Source of the DNA: a virus
DNA length: 64,000 nt
IMG/VR virus record: IMGVR_UViG_3300036715_003363
Reading direction: 5' to 3' (one strand)
Every line of letters begins with the position of its first letter. Within the stretch, counting starts at the first letter, position 1. Of this stretch, positions 1 to 8,919 are shown in pieces. The notes under the pieces were generated by a model. That model had not been told where the DNA came from and searched no databases. It saw only the letters and a list, made by a program, of their open reading frames with translations. A program made the position numbers and the translations under genes.

Positions 1-323
1 TGTTATTTGACACGTCATAGCTTGAGTAGTAAAAGTTTTTATTACGAGGCTGAATTTGAATAGTGCCTGGAAGCAGTCCTAATCCAGGTGTTTGATTAGA
101 CTGAAATATTGAGCTTAAGCTAATTGCCGCTGTAAGAACTAAACATGATCCTCTGTTTATTGAAATGTCTTGATAGTTTTTAAATGCGTTAAATGCATAA
201 TAATTAAAATTTGAATATGTGTTCAGATTAACTACTAGACTTTCATCATAGTTGTATCTATAATGTATCTCTACAGGGTTGAGAGAAGAAAGATTAAAAT
301 ATTGAAGCGAAGACATATGTTAT

Positions 324-1472
324 TTAGGTTGTTGCAAATACGAGTGTATTATTAATATCGAGCGCGTATAAGCTACCGTTTTCTGTACTACGAACTTTTA
401 CAATTTTAATATTATTATTATTTGTGTTAAATTCAGTGATAGGTATGGGTCCTATTGCAGTTGTTGCAACACTTGTTGCACCTGTTGACATAGCGTATGC
501 CGTAATTGCCGGAGTAAATGTGCCCTGTGAATATGTTGTAATTGCATCATAATTTCTAGGATCAGCTAGATCAGATGTTATTGATCCTGTAAATGTAAAT
601 AGTAATGGGTCAGGAACTCCAAATCTTGTTACAGTATATTTTATGTCGTTTCCTAAATTCCAATCAATTTTGTCAATTGGAAAGCTTCCAGTTTGAGTAA
701 AGCGTGGTGTAAATTGAGCGGATAGAGGAGATCCTCCTGAAGTAATTGGTGATAGATTTACAAGAGATGCACTAAGAGGTATTTCTAATACGGTAATTAG
801 AGCAGTTTTTATTACTGACTGTTGTATTGCATTTAATACTGTTGTAACAACGTTAATGCTTTCGCATTCAGTATCATTTGCCTCATATGCCCATTTTTTA
901 GGGTATGCATTGTTCGATTTTGTTTGGCTCCAAATAAAAGGATTTGATCCTATATATTGTAGTTCGTGCCATTTCCAAGAACTACAATATTTCTGGACGC
1001 ATTCAGTACTATCATTCCAAAGCTTTGGAATAGATCCCGCGCATGCAAGCTGATCCCATGTTGCTGCTTCAACTGCAGAATTAACTAGGTTATCCCAATA
1101 CCACTGATGATTGTAGGCTCCAAGACAGTATGCCGGCTTAGGATCAACTAATACGTCATACTGCGATCTCGTGTGGTTTAGTGTAACTGTATACTGCCCA
1201 GGCATAACAAACACATGCGACACGCTTGATGTTGTTGATAATGTTATGTTGTTTGTTGCGTTATTATAGTAATCACCGAAATCCCACTCGTACGATTCAA
1301 TAATACTCGGATCTAATAATGTATCATTGCTCGATTGATTTGCAAAATCTACACTAAAGTATGGAGCGTATCCGGTATACTGAGCTGCTACAGTTGAGTA
1401 TGGTACGCCCTGCACCCATGAAAACGTTGCAGAAACAGAAGTCCCATCAGTAAATATAAAATCAGTAAACAT
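324..1472 (-). CDS. PKD-domain virion structural protein
   Basis: YEWDFGD...SHVFVMPGQYTVTL is a PKD signature; a second partial PKD (IDWNLG) follows; Thr/Ser-rich; lies among tail genes; TAAATAA motif just upstream of ATG. Confidence 0.7.
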   Translation of the reverse strand: MFTDFIFTDGTSVSATFSWVQGVPYSTVAAQYTGYAPYFSVDFANQSSNDTLLDPSIIESYEWDFGDYYNNATNNITLSTTSSVSHVFVMPGQYTVTLNHTRSQYDVLVDPKPAYCLGAYNHQWYWDNLVNSAVEAATWDQLACAGSIPKLWNDSTECVQKYCSSWKWHELQYIGSNPFIWSQTKSNNAYPKKWAYEANDTECESINVVTTVLNAIQQSVIKTALITVLEIPLSASLVNLSPITSGGSPLSAQFTPRFTQTGSFPIDKIDWNLGNDIKYTVTRFGVPDPLLFTFTGSITSDLADPRNYDAITTYSQGTFTPAITAYAMSTGATSVATTAIGPIPITEFNTNNNNIKIVKVRSTENGSLYALDINNTLVFATT

Positions 1473-1526
1473 TCACCATTATTTAAGCAGAGCTTTCAAT
1501 ATGGAAATACTCTCATTAAACAATTT

Positions 1527-2279
1527 TTAATTCCCGAAGATCATGACGGATAATTGCTGTGCGTCAACAAAGCCGCCAGTGGAGTTTGTTCCAACCCTAA
1601 CTTGAGTTGTTGACTTCAATGTAGGGAGCCCATTGTAAGTATTTCCTACACAAACATACCCTGCTATGACTGAATTAGGATTTGTAGGGCCAGTAACCAC
1701 TACAATATAATTATTGTCGTTCATGGCAACGGTGAAGTTTAACGTGTAATCTCCTGTACCGTTCTTTGTGGCACTCGACACATTAAAGGACGAGTAAATC
1801 CAGATATAGTAGGTGAGCGTGCCATTGGCTCCTGATGCAGCAGTCGTGAAAGTAAAGGTATTAACATCTAGAACTGTGATTACTACTGTCCCATTCACTC
1901 CTGTATCGGTTGCCGCAGAAACGACGATGATGTTTCCTGTAGACAGGCCATGTGCCGTCGAGGTTACTGTCACTGTAGTAGTAGTGCGTGTATAGCTCTT
2001 ACTCGTGACGGCAGTTTGAAGTCCATTAAGAACGATCCATGCTTTAGCAGAGGTTAATGCAAGAGTAGAATTAGCTCCAGCGCTAGTAGCGCTCCCAGTG
2101 ACATTGCCAGTGACATTGCCAGTGACATTGCCAGTGACATTGCCAGTGACGTTGCCAGATAAGCTTCCTATTATAGTTGCTGCACTAAGACTCCCTGGTG
2201 AAATTGTTACTGCATTAGAGCCATTAACTGAAATGTAACCTTTATTTAAAACTGAATCGGCTTGTAAGGAAATTGACAT
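1527..2279 (-). CDS. Tail fibre / receptor-binding-like protein
   Basis: (GNVT)5 repeat; Thr-rich beta-strand segments; C-terminal FNVSSATKNGTGDYTLNF motif typical of phage fibre tips; next to a fibre chaperone. Confidence 0.65.
   Translation of the reverse strand: MSISLQADSVLNKGYISVNGSNAVTISPGSLSAATIIGSLSGNVTGNVTGNVTGNVTGNVTGSATSAGANSTLALTSAKAWIVLNGLQTAVTSKSYTRTTTTVTVTSTAHGLSTGNIIVVSAATDTGVNGTVVITVLDVNTFTFTTAASGANGTLTYYIWIYSSFNVSSATKNGTGDYTLNFTVAMNDNNYIVVVTGPTNPNSVIAGYVCVGNTYNGLPTLKSTTQVRVGTNSTGGFVDAQQLSVMIFGN
2095..2158. repeat. 12-bp tandem repeat (ccagtgacattg)x5 encoding GNVT
   Basis: Four exact copies plus one with a single mismatch. Confidence 0.95.
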
Positions 2280-2281
2280 AA

Positions 2282-2719
2282 TTAGTTGGTTGATGCTGGA
2301 TAGAGAATGCTCGGTGAATGTTCCTTGATGCTGGCGAGGTTATCAGGGAGAGTACCCTTTGTCACATCACGCAATGCTTGCTTCTGTGCTGCAATGGAGC
2401 CTTGGAGGACTGAATCACCCCTCTCTAACGCTCTGATGTATTGGGTGTCGAGCGCATCGAGGAGCGGTTTGCGAACCTCGCGGAATTGGTTGAGACGTAT
2501 CTCCTTCGCCTTGTCGATATTGACGACAAGGGTTCCATCCTTGTGCTCGTAAGCATCGAAGAAAGTGTTATCGAATCCATCAGGGAGTGAGTCGAGGATC
2601 GTGTAGTCTGTTCCCTGCGGAACCGCTCCGCTTGCGAGTTCTTCGATAGGAATGGAAGGATCTACAGGATAGACCACTGCTGCGTTTCCGTTCTCTTGAG
2701 TGTAGATAATTATACTCAT
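2282..2719 (-). CDS. Tail fibre assembly chaperone-like protein
   Basis: NIDKAKEI..FREVRKPLLDALD...KQALRDVT pattern typical of fibre assembly proteins; lies between two fibre genes. Confidence 0.65.
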   Translation of the reverse strand: MSIIIYTQENGNAAVVYPVDPSIPIEELASGAVPQGTDYTILDSLPDGFDNTFFDAYEHKDGTLVVNIDKAKEIRLNQFREVRKPLLDALDTQYIRALERGDSVLQGSIAAQKQALRDVTKGTLPDNLASIKEHSPSILYPASTN

Positions 2720-2722
2720 ATA

Positions 2723-3739
2723 TTATAATTCTGCTGAAACCATGAACATATTAGTATAAGATGCAGTGCTAGCCGTGCCCGTTCCATAAAAAGAAAAGCT
2801 ATCAGTGTATACAGTAGGTATGACCCAAGCACTAAAATTACTATTCTGTACATTTACCATCGCTATTGATGGAATAACTCTCTTTGTAACTTTATAATAT
2901 GCAGAACCTCCATATCCCGGCCCCGTATTAATAACTCCATAATATGACTTATATAATACTTCATAATACCTTTGGCATAAAATTAGTTCTGTTCCGTACG
3001 GTCTATAATCAAAAGATGTAGCGGTTGAGCCTTTTTCGAGCTGAATATTGCTTAATGTCCATGCTCCGCTTGTTTGTGCGCCAGTTGTAAATAAAACTTC
3101 AATTCCTGTTGTTGCAGCCGTTGGGATTGCAAATGTTGTTGTGAACTGTTGTTGTGTACTATTAATTGTAAGTGCACCAGATGCAATTAGCGTTTTTGTT
3201 GTCCATACATCAGTCGATCCTGCATAAGAAACAATCCATGACATTGAGGATAGAAAGCTATTTGATGTAACTAATGATAGAGCTGCATTTGATCCTGCTA
3301 AATCTGCGCAGTTTACTGCTTCAATTCTTTGTCCTATTCCAACTGCTGAAACGCTAGAGATGCCGGCGACAGATAAGAAATTAAGACCCTTAGAGGCAGA
3401 CTGAGATGTTGTTACAGTACCACCTGTAGAATATGCATACCAGCGATCAACGCTCGGGTAAGTTCCTGTAAGAGGTGATGCAACTGTTCCTGCTATTCCA
3501 CTTAATCCTTTCTGAGCAACAGAGAATGCTCCGTTGATAAGACGATTTTTAAATCCAAAATTGTTCGGAGCTGTTAGTATTGTCGATTTATCGCTAAAAG
3601 ACAGTCCTGTTGAGCTGAGCATTCCAGCTGTTGACCACGATGGATGTCCTGTTGACAGTTGAGAAGCACTAATAACACCACTGCTAAGAGTTGTAGCGTC
3701 TGGAAAAACTACTGAATTAGATGTAATTTGTAGGCTCAT
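2723..3739 (-). CDS. Tail fibre protein with carbohydrate-binding-like domain
   Basis: FKNRLINGAFSVAQ and QLEKGSTATSFDYRPYGTELILCQRYY, motifs common in freshwater phage fibres. Confidence 0.7.
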   Translation of the reverse strand: MSLQITSNSVVFPDATTLSSGVISASQLSTGHPSWSTAGMLSSTGLSFSDKSTILTAPNNFGFKNRLINGAFSVAQKGLSGIAGTVASPLTGTYPSVDRWYAYSTGGTVTTSQSASKGLNFLSVAGISSVSAVGIGQRIEAVNCADLAGSNAALSLVTSNSFLSSMSWIVSYAGSTDVWTTKTLIASGALTINSTQQQFTTTFAIPTAATTGIEVLFTTGAQTSGAWTLSNIQLEKGSTATSFDYRPYGTELILCQRYYEVLYKSYYGVINTGPGYGGSAYYKVTKRVIPSIAMVNVQNSNFSAWVIPTVYTDSFSFYGTGTASTASYTNMFMVSAEL

Positions 3740-3749
3740 CTATTATTAA

Positions 3750-4148
3750 TTATGCAATGGTCCATGCGCTTCCGTTAGGAACTGTTATAATAACACCATT
3801 TGAAATTGTTATTGGTCCAAACGATCCTGCATTTTTACCGCTCGTTATTGAATAGCTTGTTGTTAGTACTGAGTCATTTTCATAAAACCCCCTATCTGTT
3901 CCGCCGCCGACAGCTCCTGTCCAGCTAGCTGATGAAGTATTAACAGTGGTGTATGCGCTATTCCAGTTTGCTGACGTTGCATGTACTATAGTGTTTACGC
4001 CAATGTCGCCAAGGCTAGAATTCCATGTAGCAGAATTTGACTGAACTGTTGTTGCAATTGAATTCCATGTTGCATTTGATCCACCTGATAAATCAGAGAT
4101 ACCCAAATTTAACTGAACAGGCTGAGTAAAAATTAATTGATTGCTCAT
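3750..4148 (-). CDS. Virion structural protein (fibre-associated)
   Basis: SATWNS repeats; C-terminal NAGSFGPITISNGVIITVPNGSAWTI motif. Confidence 0.55.
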   Translation of the reverse strand: MSNQLIFTQPVQLNLGISDLSGGSNATWNSIATTVQSNSATWNSSLGDIGVNTIVHATSANWNSAYTTVNTSSASWTGAVGGGTDRGFYENDSVLTTSYSITSGKNAGSFGPITISNGVIITVPNGSAWTIA

Positions 4149-4158
4149 TGTGTATTAT

Positions 4159-5166
4159 TTATTGAAGAGGGTCGCGACAATCGATACCATTTGCAAAAGG
4201 AAGCAGATTACTCGGAGAGAACTCAATAAGTGTTCCGGAACCAGCTGGATTTGTTAAGATAACATCCCATTTACCGACCGGAAGAACTAAAGGAGCTTGG
4301 AATGTGAGATGATTATAATCAATTGCAGTAAACGACGCAGTAAGAATTTGAGTGTTTGATGATAGAGATACGCTTGAAACTCTGAGAAATGAGTCTCCAA
4401 CAACTGAAAATACATCCTCAGCAGATACAGTTGTAAAATAAGGAGTAATGTAATGAGGCTGCGGAAGACCTGAGATCATTACTCTCTCCGTTGTTGTGCT
4501 GTCAATGAGAGCGTACTGCGTTGTGAGATCTTGAATTGTCGCAAGATCAGCCATAATGTTGTAGATTAGAGCGTCACCTGGCGTGGGAGCTGATTTAAAC
4601 AACCAGCCTTTAATTACAAATGCAGTTGTGCCTTCAACTCTTGCAACTTGACTCGATGCAATATCAACGGGGTATGTCGTGTTGACACCTCCTGACCAGT
4701 GAGCGAGAGAGCGAATTTCTTCATCAGGCGCGGACGGCGTTCTCCATGAGAGTGCAATATACGGGTCACAGTATGCAAGCATGGAACAAATCTGGTCAAA
4801 ATCTCTCTGATAGCGAGTTAAAATTGTTACATTGATATTCAGATCAATGGGCATGGGCTGTGGAAGAGGCTGTGCATATCCCAAAGCGGTTGATGCAACA
4901 TATGAGCCTTGAATTTTGTTAAATACTCTGCTCGGATCTCTCTGAAACCCTCCATTTGTAATTGCAACGACAGGCAGCTGAATAGTTTGCGCTTTGTCAA
5001 TGATGTCAAATAAAACTCTTTCTTTTGGAGCGTATATAAAACGAACTTTTAGTTGCTCTTGAGATGATCTATCTGCATTATATCGTTTGATAATAACATT
5101 ATCGAGAGCAGCTAACAACATCGTAATCATTGACTCGATTTCGAAATTGTACCCATTGTTTATCAT
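4159..5166 (-). CDS. gp15: T4 gp15-like tail completion / sheath stabiliser with C-terminal Ig-like (IPT) domain
   Basis: MLLAALDNVIIKRY...KVRFIYAPKER...LPVVA...PMPIDLNINVTILTRYQRDFDQI matches T4-like gp15; C-terminal WDVILTNPAG is IPT-like. Start placed at M35 of the ORF-track call. Confidence 0.7.
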   Translation of the reverse strand: MINNGYNFEIESMITMLLAALDNVIIKRYNADRSSQEQLKVRFIYAPKERVLFDIIDKAQTIQLPVVAITNGGFQRDPSRVFNKIQGSYVASTALGYAQPLPQPMPIDLNINVTILTRYQRDFDQICSMLAYCDPYIALSWRTPSAPDEEIRSLAHWSGGVNTTYPVDIASSQVARVEGTTAFVIKGWLFKSAPTPGDALIYNIMADLATIQDLTTQYALIDSTTTERVMISGLPQPHYITPYFTTVSAEDVFSVVGDSFLRVSSVSLSSNTQILTASFTAIDYNHLTFQAPLVLPVGKWDVILTNPAGSGTLIEFSPSNLLPFANGIDCRDPLQ

Positions 5167-5311
5167 GTAGGTATATTTAAGCTTGCGTTCTTTTGAGAGG
5201 GTGATATTATATATGAACAATCTGCCTGACGACAACAAAAAGCTTGCAGGCTCCGTAGGAAGGAGCATAAATAAATTTCAGAACGCCTGCAAAGGACTGT
5301 TCGAACGATCA

Positions 5312-5340
5312 TTGACATTATGTTTAGTTATTAATACGCT
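5312..5340 (+). promoter_or_regulatory. Sigma70-type promoter for the tRNA operon
   Basis: TTGACA-N17-TACGCT just upstream of the tRNA cluster. Confidence 0.6.
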
Positions 5341-5401
5341 GAACTGGTAACCCCAGCTCGGCGATAGGTCTCTGTGGACCATAAATCACAGACAATATTA
5401 C

Positions 5402-5490
5402 GTTAGAGTCCCATAGTGCTCGATTGGAACGGATTTGTAATCCGACAGACTAAAAATCTCACGTGGGTTGAAATCCCACCTCTAACTCCA
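5402..5490 (+). tRNA. trnT: tRNA-Thr(UGU) with long variable arm
   Basis: Acceptor gttagag/ctctaac, U73, CCA; anticodon arm cgga-TTTGTAA-tccg; T arm gtggg-TTGAAAT-cccac; 17-nt variable region. Confidence 0.75.
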
Positions 5491-5495
5491 TTTAC

Positions 5496-5572
5496 GCCTT
5501 TTAAGCATATGACAGCGATGCACTGATTTCGTAAATCAGAATAGCAGAGTGCAAGTCTCTGAGAGGGCTCCA
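5496..5572 (+). tRNA. trnT: tRNA-Thr(CGU)
   Basis: Acceptor gcctttt/agagggc, U73, CCA; ctgat-TTCGTAA-atcag; T arm cagag-TGCAAGT-ctctg. Confidence 0.8.
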
Positions 5573-5584
5573 AAACAAATCCTT

Positions 5585-5656
5585 CCTCCGTTGGTATAAT
5601 AGTAACAGTACACTAATAAGAGACAATAGGTGAGGCGAAACCACCACGGAGGACCA
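5585..5656 (+). tRNA. Degenerate tRNA-like element, possible Ile(AAU)
   Basis: Perfect acceptor cctccgt/acggagg + A + CCA; loop-like CTAATAA but poorly paired anticodon stem; T loop GGCGAAA. Confidence 0.45.
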
Positions 5657-5663
5657 ATTTTAT

Positions 5664-5738
5664 TCTCAGTAACGCACACGGTTGAGCGGAATGGCTGTTA
5701 ACCATTTGAACTAGGTTCGATCCCTAGACTGAGAGCCA
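5664..5738 (+). tRNA. trnN: tRNA-Asn(GUU)
   Basis: tctcagt/actgaga, G73, CCA; aatgg-CTGTTAA-ccatt; ctagg-TTCGATC-cctag. Confidence 0.92.
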
Positions 5739-5744
5739 ATTTAT

Positions 5745-5832
5745 GTATCAGTAGACCGTTAAAGATGCGGACACGGCTGTAACCCGTGTGGTCGAAAGGC
5801 CCAGCTAGGAGCGTTACCTAGGTGATACACCA
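5745..5832 (+). tRNA. trnY: tRNA-Tyr(GUA)
   Basis: cacgg-CTGTAAC-ccgtg; variable arm ggtc-gaaa-ggcc; A73, CCA; T loop AGCGTTA. Confidence 0.85.
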
Positions 5833-5837
5833 ATTTC

Positions 5838-5912
5838 AGGCTTGAAGCTTTAACAGTGAAGCAGTGTGCTTTTAACACACTGAACAGGGGGCGGTACCCT
5901 GCAGGCCTACCA
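5838..5912 (+). tRNA. trnK: tRNA-Lys(UUU)
   Basis: aggcttg/caggcct, A73, CCA; gtgtg-CTTTTAA-cacac; caggg-GGCGGTA-ccctg. Confidence 0.85.
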
Positions 5913-5918
5913 ATTTAT

Positions 5919-6008
5919 GCGACGGTAGCTCAACTGGACAGAGCACTCGGCTACGAACCGAAAGGGAGCATTATGCCGTTGAAGGTTCAAATCCTTCTCG
6001 TCGCACCA
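5919..6008 (+). tRNA. trnR: tRNA-Arg(ACG) with extended variable region
   Basis: gcgacgg/tcgtcgc, A73, CCA; canonical D arm; ctcgg-CTACGAA-ccgaa; gaagg-TTCAAAT-ccttc; ~18-nt variable region. Confidence 0.85.
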
Positions 6009-6031
6009 ATTCACTTATTATATAATTTTAT

Positions 6032-6114
6032 GCGCAGCTCGACATTAAGGGCGATGAGACGGAGGTGTTCATGACATTGCCGTTATATTAGTTCACTACT
6101 AACACTGCGCTCCA
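6032..6114 (+). tRNA. Atypical tRNA-like element, CAU anticodon-like loop
   Basis: gcgcag/ctgcgc acceptor, U73, CCA; T arm ttag-TTCACTA-ctaa; central long stem with loop TTCATGA. Confidence 0.45.
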
Positions 6115-6130
6115 TTCGATTAAGTATTAG

Positions 6131-6355
6131 ATGATCAGACTTTTACTCGTTTCACTACTACTTTTAACATCCTGCACCATGTTTGAGCCGGTAAAATACT
6201 ACCGAGTTACTAAAGATATTAACGGACATGCATCTGAAACACATATTACTAAAGGGTTTCCTTTTGTTGAGAACGAACAAGTTCGTTTTAAAGATTACAA
6301 AGAAGGAAAATTTTACACTTTTACTAGAAATTTCACAATTCAAATCATTCAATAA
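6131..6355 (+). CDS. Small lipoprotein
   Basis: Hydrophobic signal ending in lipobox LLTSC. Confidence 0.55.
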   Translation: MIRLLLVSLLLLTSCTMFEPVKYYRVTKDINGHASETHITKGFPFVENEQVRFKDYKEGKFYTFTRNFTIQIIQ

Positions 6356-6361
6356 TTTTAA

Positions 6362-6439
6362 GCGGATGTGTGTCCAAGGAGGACAGCCTCATTGCCAATG
6401 AGGATATTCAGGCGAGTTCGATTCTCGTCATCCGCACCA
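6362..6439 (+). tRNA. trnG: tRNA-Gly(GCC)
   Basis: gcggatg/catccgc + A + CCA; cctca-TTGCCAA-tgagg; TTCGATT T loop. Confidence 0.9.
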
Positions 6440-6447
6440 TTTTTTTA

Positions 6448-6522
6448 GGGGCTATAGTTTATTGACTAAAACAGTTGGTTTGCAACCTTCAGAGCGGCGA
6501 GGGAAGCGCTGTAGCTGTACCA
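6448..6522 (+). tRNA. trnA: tRNA-Ala(UGC)
   Basis: ggggcta/tagctgt with G3.U70; loop TTTGCAA; T arm cggcg-AGGGAAG-cgctg; CCA. Confidence 0.7.
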
Positions 6523-6527
6523 ATTTC

Positions 6528-6602
6528 GCGTCATTCGTCCATCACCTAGGATACTGCACTTCCAATGCGGGGAAGAGAGGGGAGCACTCTCATGGCGCAC
6601 CA
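6528..6602 (+). tRNA. trnG: tRNA-Gly(UCC)
   Basis: gcgtcat/atggcgc + A + CCA; ctgca-CTTCCAA-tgcgg; gagag-GGGAGCA-ctctc. Confidence 0.82.
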
Positions 6603-6776
6603 ATTTAAAACATCATGAGTGATTTAATAATTAAACAGAATGACAATTGTAGAATGTCTGAAGCTGATCGGAAATGGTATCAAGCATATCGCCGAAAATG
6701 TCTAAAGCTTCCAGAATCTAAAAATAAGCAGAGAAAAGGCTGGTATAAATCCTAAATACAGCTATATTCATTTTAC

Positions 6777-6855
6777 GAGTATGTAATGGCAGCGCCTTCT
6801 AAGCGATATGTGCATAATGGAATTAATGCTGGTTCGAATCCAGCCATACTCACCA
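6777..6855 (+). tRNA. tRNA-Arg(UCU)-like element lacking a D arm
   Basis: gagtatg/catactc + A + CCA; agcgc-CTTCTAA-gcgat; gctgg-TTCGAAT-ccagc; only 7 nt between acceptor and anticodon arm; 20-nt variable region. Confidence 0.65.
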
Positions 6856-6947
6856 TTTTTATTCTTTACAAACTGAAAAGTACACCACAAGGTTAAACTT
6901 TATAAAATAAATCTTGACTTTAAATCTATTTTTACTATTATGTATAG

Positions 6948-7568
6948 ATGAACGAAGTAACAGACACTGAAGCAGCATATAAACACAACCTCCGCGGAGA
7001 TCTTGTTCATCGCAATAAGAAAGAAAAGAAGGACACTCTCTATTGCAAAGTTCGTTCATATCTTTTCAACAAATATAATATCTGGAATATCTGGGACCTT
7101 CCTTTCTTTCCATATTCTATGAGATATCGTTGGTATGACTTTGAAGAGAAATGGATCATTCCTTTTTTTTATCCTCAAAATAAACGATATCGTAAAGTTA
7201 TTCCTAAAGTATGGAATGATGTTTCTGGTCTCATTATTATTGTTAACTTTGAATTCATTAAAGGCTTTTATGAGGATGAGTACATGGCTGGAACTGTTGA
7301 CTGGGAGGGCTCAAGCCCATCTCATGTAAAATTTGCAAAGTGGTTGGAGTCCGCTTATGATTATATCACTATTGAAAGACCTGCTCTTCTTAAGCAACAG
7401 GATAATTCTTACCCGCCACTTAAAACTCTTGACGAAATGTTCAATCTTGATTCATATGACGAAAAAGTACAATATGCAGAAGTTCGTCGTATTGAAACCC
7501 TAATTAGCAAAAAAGATACAAAAATCATTACTGAAATGGTAAAGTATAGAGAAATGCTCTGGACATAA
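6948..7568 (+). CDS. Hypothetical protein
   Basis: 206-aa ORF preceded by TTGACT-N16-TATTAT-N6-ATG. Confidence 0.6.
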   Translation: MNEVTDTEAAYKHNLRGDLVHRNKKEKKDTLYCKVRSYLFNKYNIWNIWDLPFFPYSMRYRWYDFEEKWIIPFFYPQNKRYRKVIPKVWNDVSGLIIIVNFEFIKGFYEDEYMAGTVDWEGSSPSHVKFAKWLESAYDYITIERPALLKQQDNSYPPLKTLDEMFNLDSYDEKVQYAEVRRIETLISKKDTKIITEMVKYREMLWT

Positions 7569-7738
7569 TTTATGAAAAAGTCTTATAACACACTCCGACG
7601 TAAAAACTTTAATAAGTTTTTTATTAAACATCTTCAACATCTGACACCACTACAAATTAAAAATGCATGTTTTATGTACAATGAGCATTTATTCGAATCA
7701 TCTCACAGAGTAGCGACTGAAGAACTAAACAAAAGATC

Positions 7739-7948
7739 ATGAAAGAGTTTATTTTTATTTTCACTATATACACTACTCCAGTGAGCAACAACATCAATTT
7801 TACTTCTACAGAAAATATAAATAGAGATTTACAAGACAGGTATAATTTAAAATTATGTAAGTCTCTTGTATTAACAGGCGATGTTGAGTCTGAATTTATT
7901 AAGAGTTCAGATCACAGAACATTTACAGCTTTTAAAATTGATTTCTAA
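7739..7948 (+). CDS. Hypothetical protein
   Basis: Short ORF in a co-oriented cluster. Confidence 0.4.
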   Translation: MKEFIFIFTIYTTPVSNNINFTSTENINRDLQDRYNLKLCKSLVLTGDVESEFIKSSDHRTFTAFKIDF

Positions 7949-7990
7949 TTAAACATTTGATTTTCACTAAAACAAATTCATAATATTCAT

Positions 7991-8233
7991 ATGGCAATTA
8001 AATCACAATCAACAGAAAGTATTCCAAACACAGACATTGTATATCCTTGGGCAGGCAAACATATAGATAAAAACGGACCTATTGTTTTCTTTCATGCAGA
8101 ATTTAAAGGCATTGTTGTAGATGGCGGCGAAACAAACGCAGGCGCATCTTTTCCAATTGGCACCTATCATGAAGGATGGAGCATGAAGCAGTTTAAAGAA
8201 TATAAAGGTAGAGTAACTCTTTCTTTCGAATAA
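7991..8233 (+). CDS. Hypothetical protein
   Basis: Preceded by TTGATT...CATAAT-N6-ATG. Confidence 0.55.
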   Translation: MAIKSQSTESIPNTDIVYPWAGKHIDKNGPIVFFHAEFKGIVVDGGETNAGASFPIGTYHEGWSMKQFKEYKGRVTLSFE

Positions 8234-8349
8234 TTTTAGTCACGGAAAAAAAGGAAAGACATACCTCGAAATTTACGGAACATCAAATCCTAAATGCGGA
8301 TTCAAAAAGAAAAATTGATTAATCAAAATATTACAGTATAATAAAGATC

Positions 8350-8919
8350 ATGAGCAAGTGGACTATTACAAAGGAAATGGGATTCTGTTATGGACATTCC
8401 GTTTGGAGCCAAGAACTTAATACTGAATACAGTCTCGACGGCAAACTATGCTGTCGTCATATGCACGGCCACGAAGGTCTTATAAGAGTCTCCTTAGCAG
8501 GAACAGAGTTGAATAACGGCATGGTGACAGATTTCAAACACCTTAACTGGTTCAAGAAATGGATAGACGAAGAACTTGATCATAAATTTATTATGGATTT
8601 GAACGATCCCCTTCTTCCTCATGAAGTTCCTATTCTTGCAAATTATTTAGGTGGTATCGATCGTTTACAGCTTTTTGATAAGCTCGATAAACAACCTGAG
8701 GGGCATTACACTATATGGCCTGAATACTACTCTGACTTTCCTCAGAGAGTACAAGAAAAATATGAGGGAATGGTTTTTGTAGATTTTGTTCCTACTTCAG
8801 AACATCTTTCTAAATGGTTATTTGAAATTGTACAAGAGAAGATGTCAAAGATTAATGTAAATGTTGAGAGTCTTCAATTTTATGAGACTCCAAAATCTCA
8901 ATCTGTATACTACAAATAG
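8350..8919 (+). CDS. queD: 6-carboxy-5,6,7,8-tetrahydropterin synthase (QueD/PTPS family)
   Basis: FCYGHSV, CRHMHGHE, DFKHL..WIDEELDHKF, PTSEHL, FYETPKS motifs. Confidence 0.9.
   Translation: MSKWTITKEMGFCYGHSVWSQELNTEYSLDGKLCCRHMHGHEGLIRVSLAGTELNNGMVTDFKHLNWFKKWIDEELDHKFIMDLNDPLLPHEVPILANYLGGIDRLQLFDKLDKQPEGHYTIWPEYYSDFPQRVQEKYEGMVFVDFVPTSEHLSKWLFEIVQEKMSKINVNVESLQFYETPKSQSVYYK

Noticed and set aside
5345-5400. Additional tRNA-Met ahead of the array
   Set aside because: Only one hairpin (ctgtg/cacag around ccataaa); no acceptor stem, T arm or CCA.
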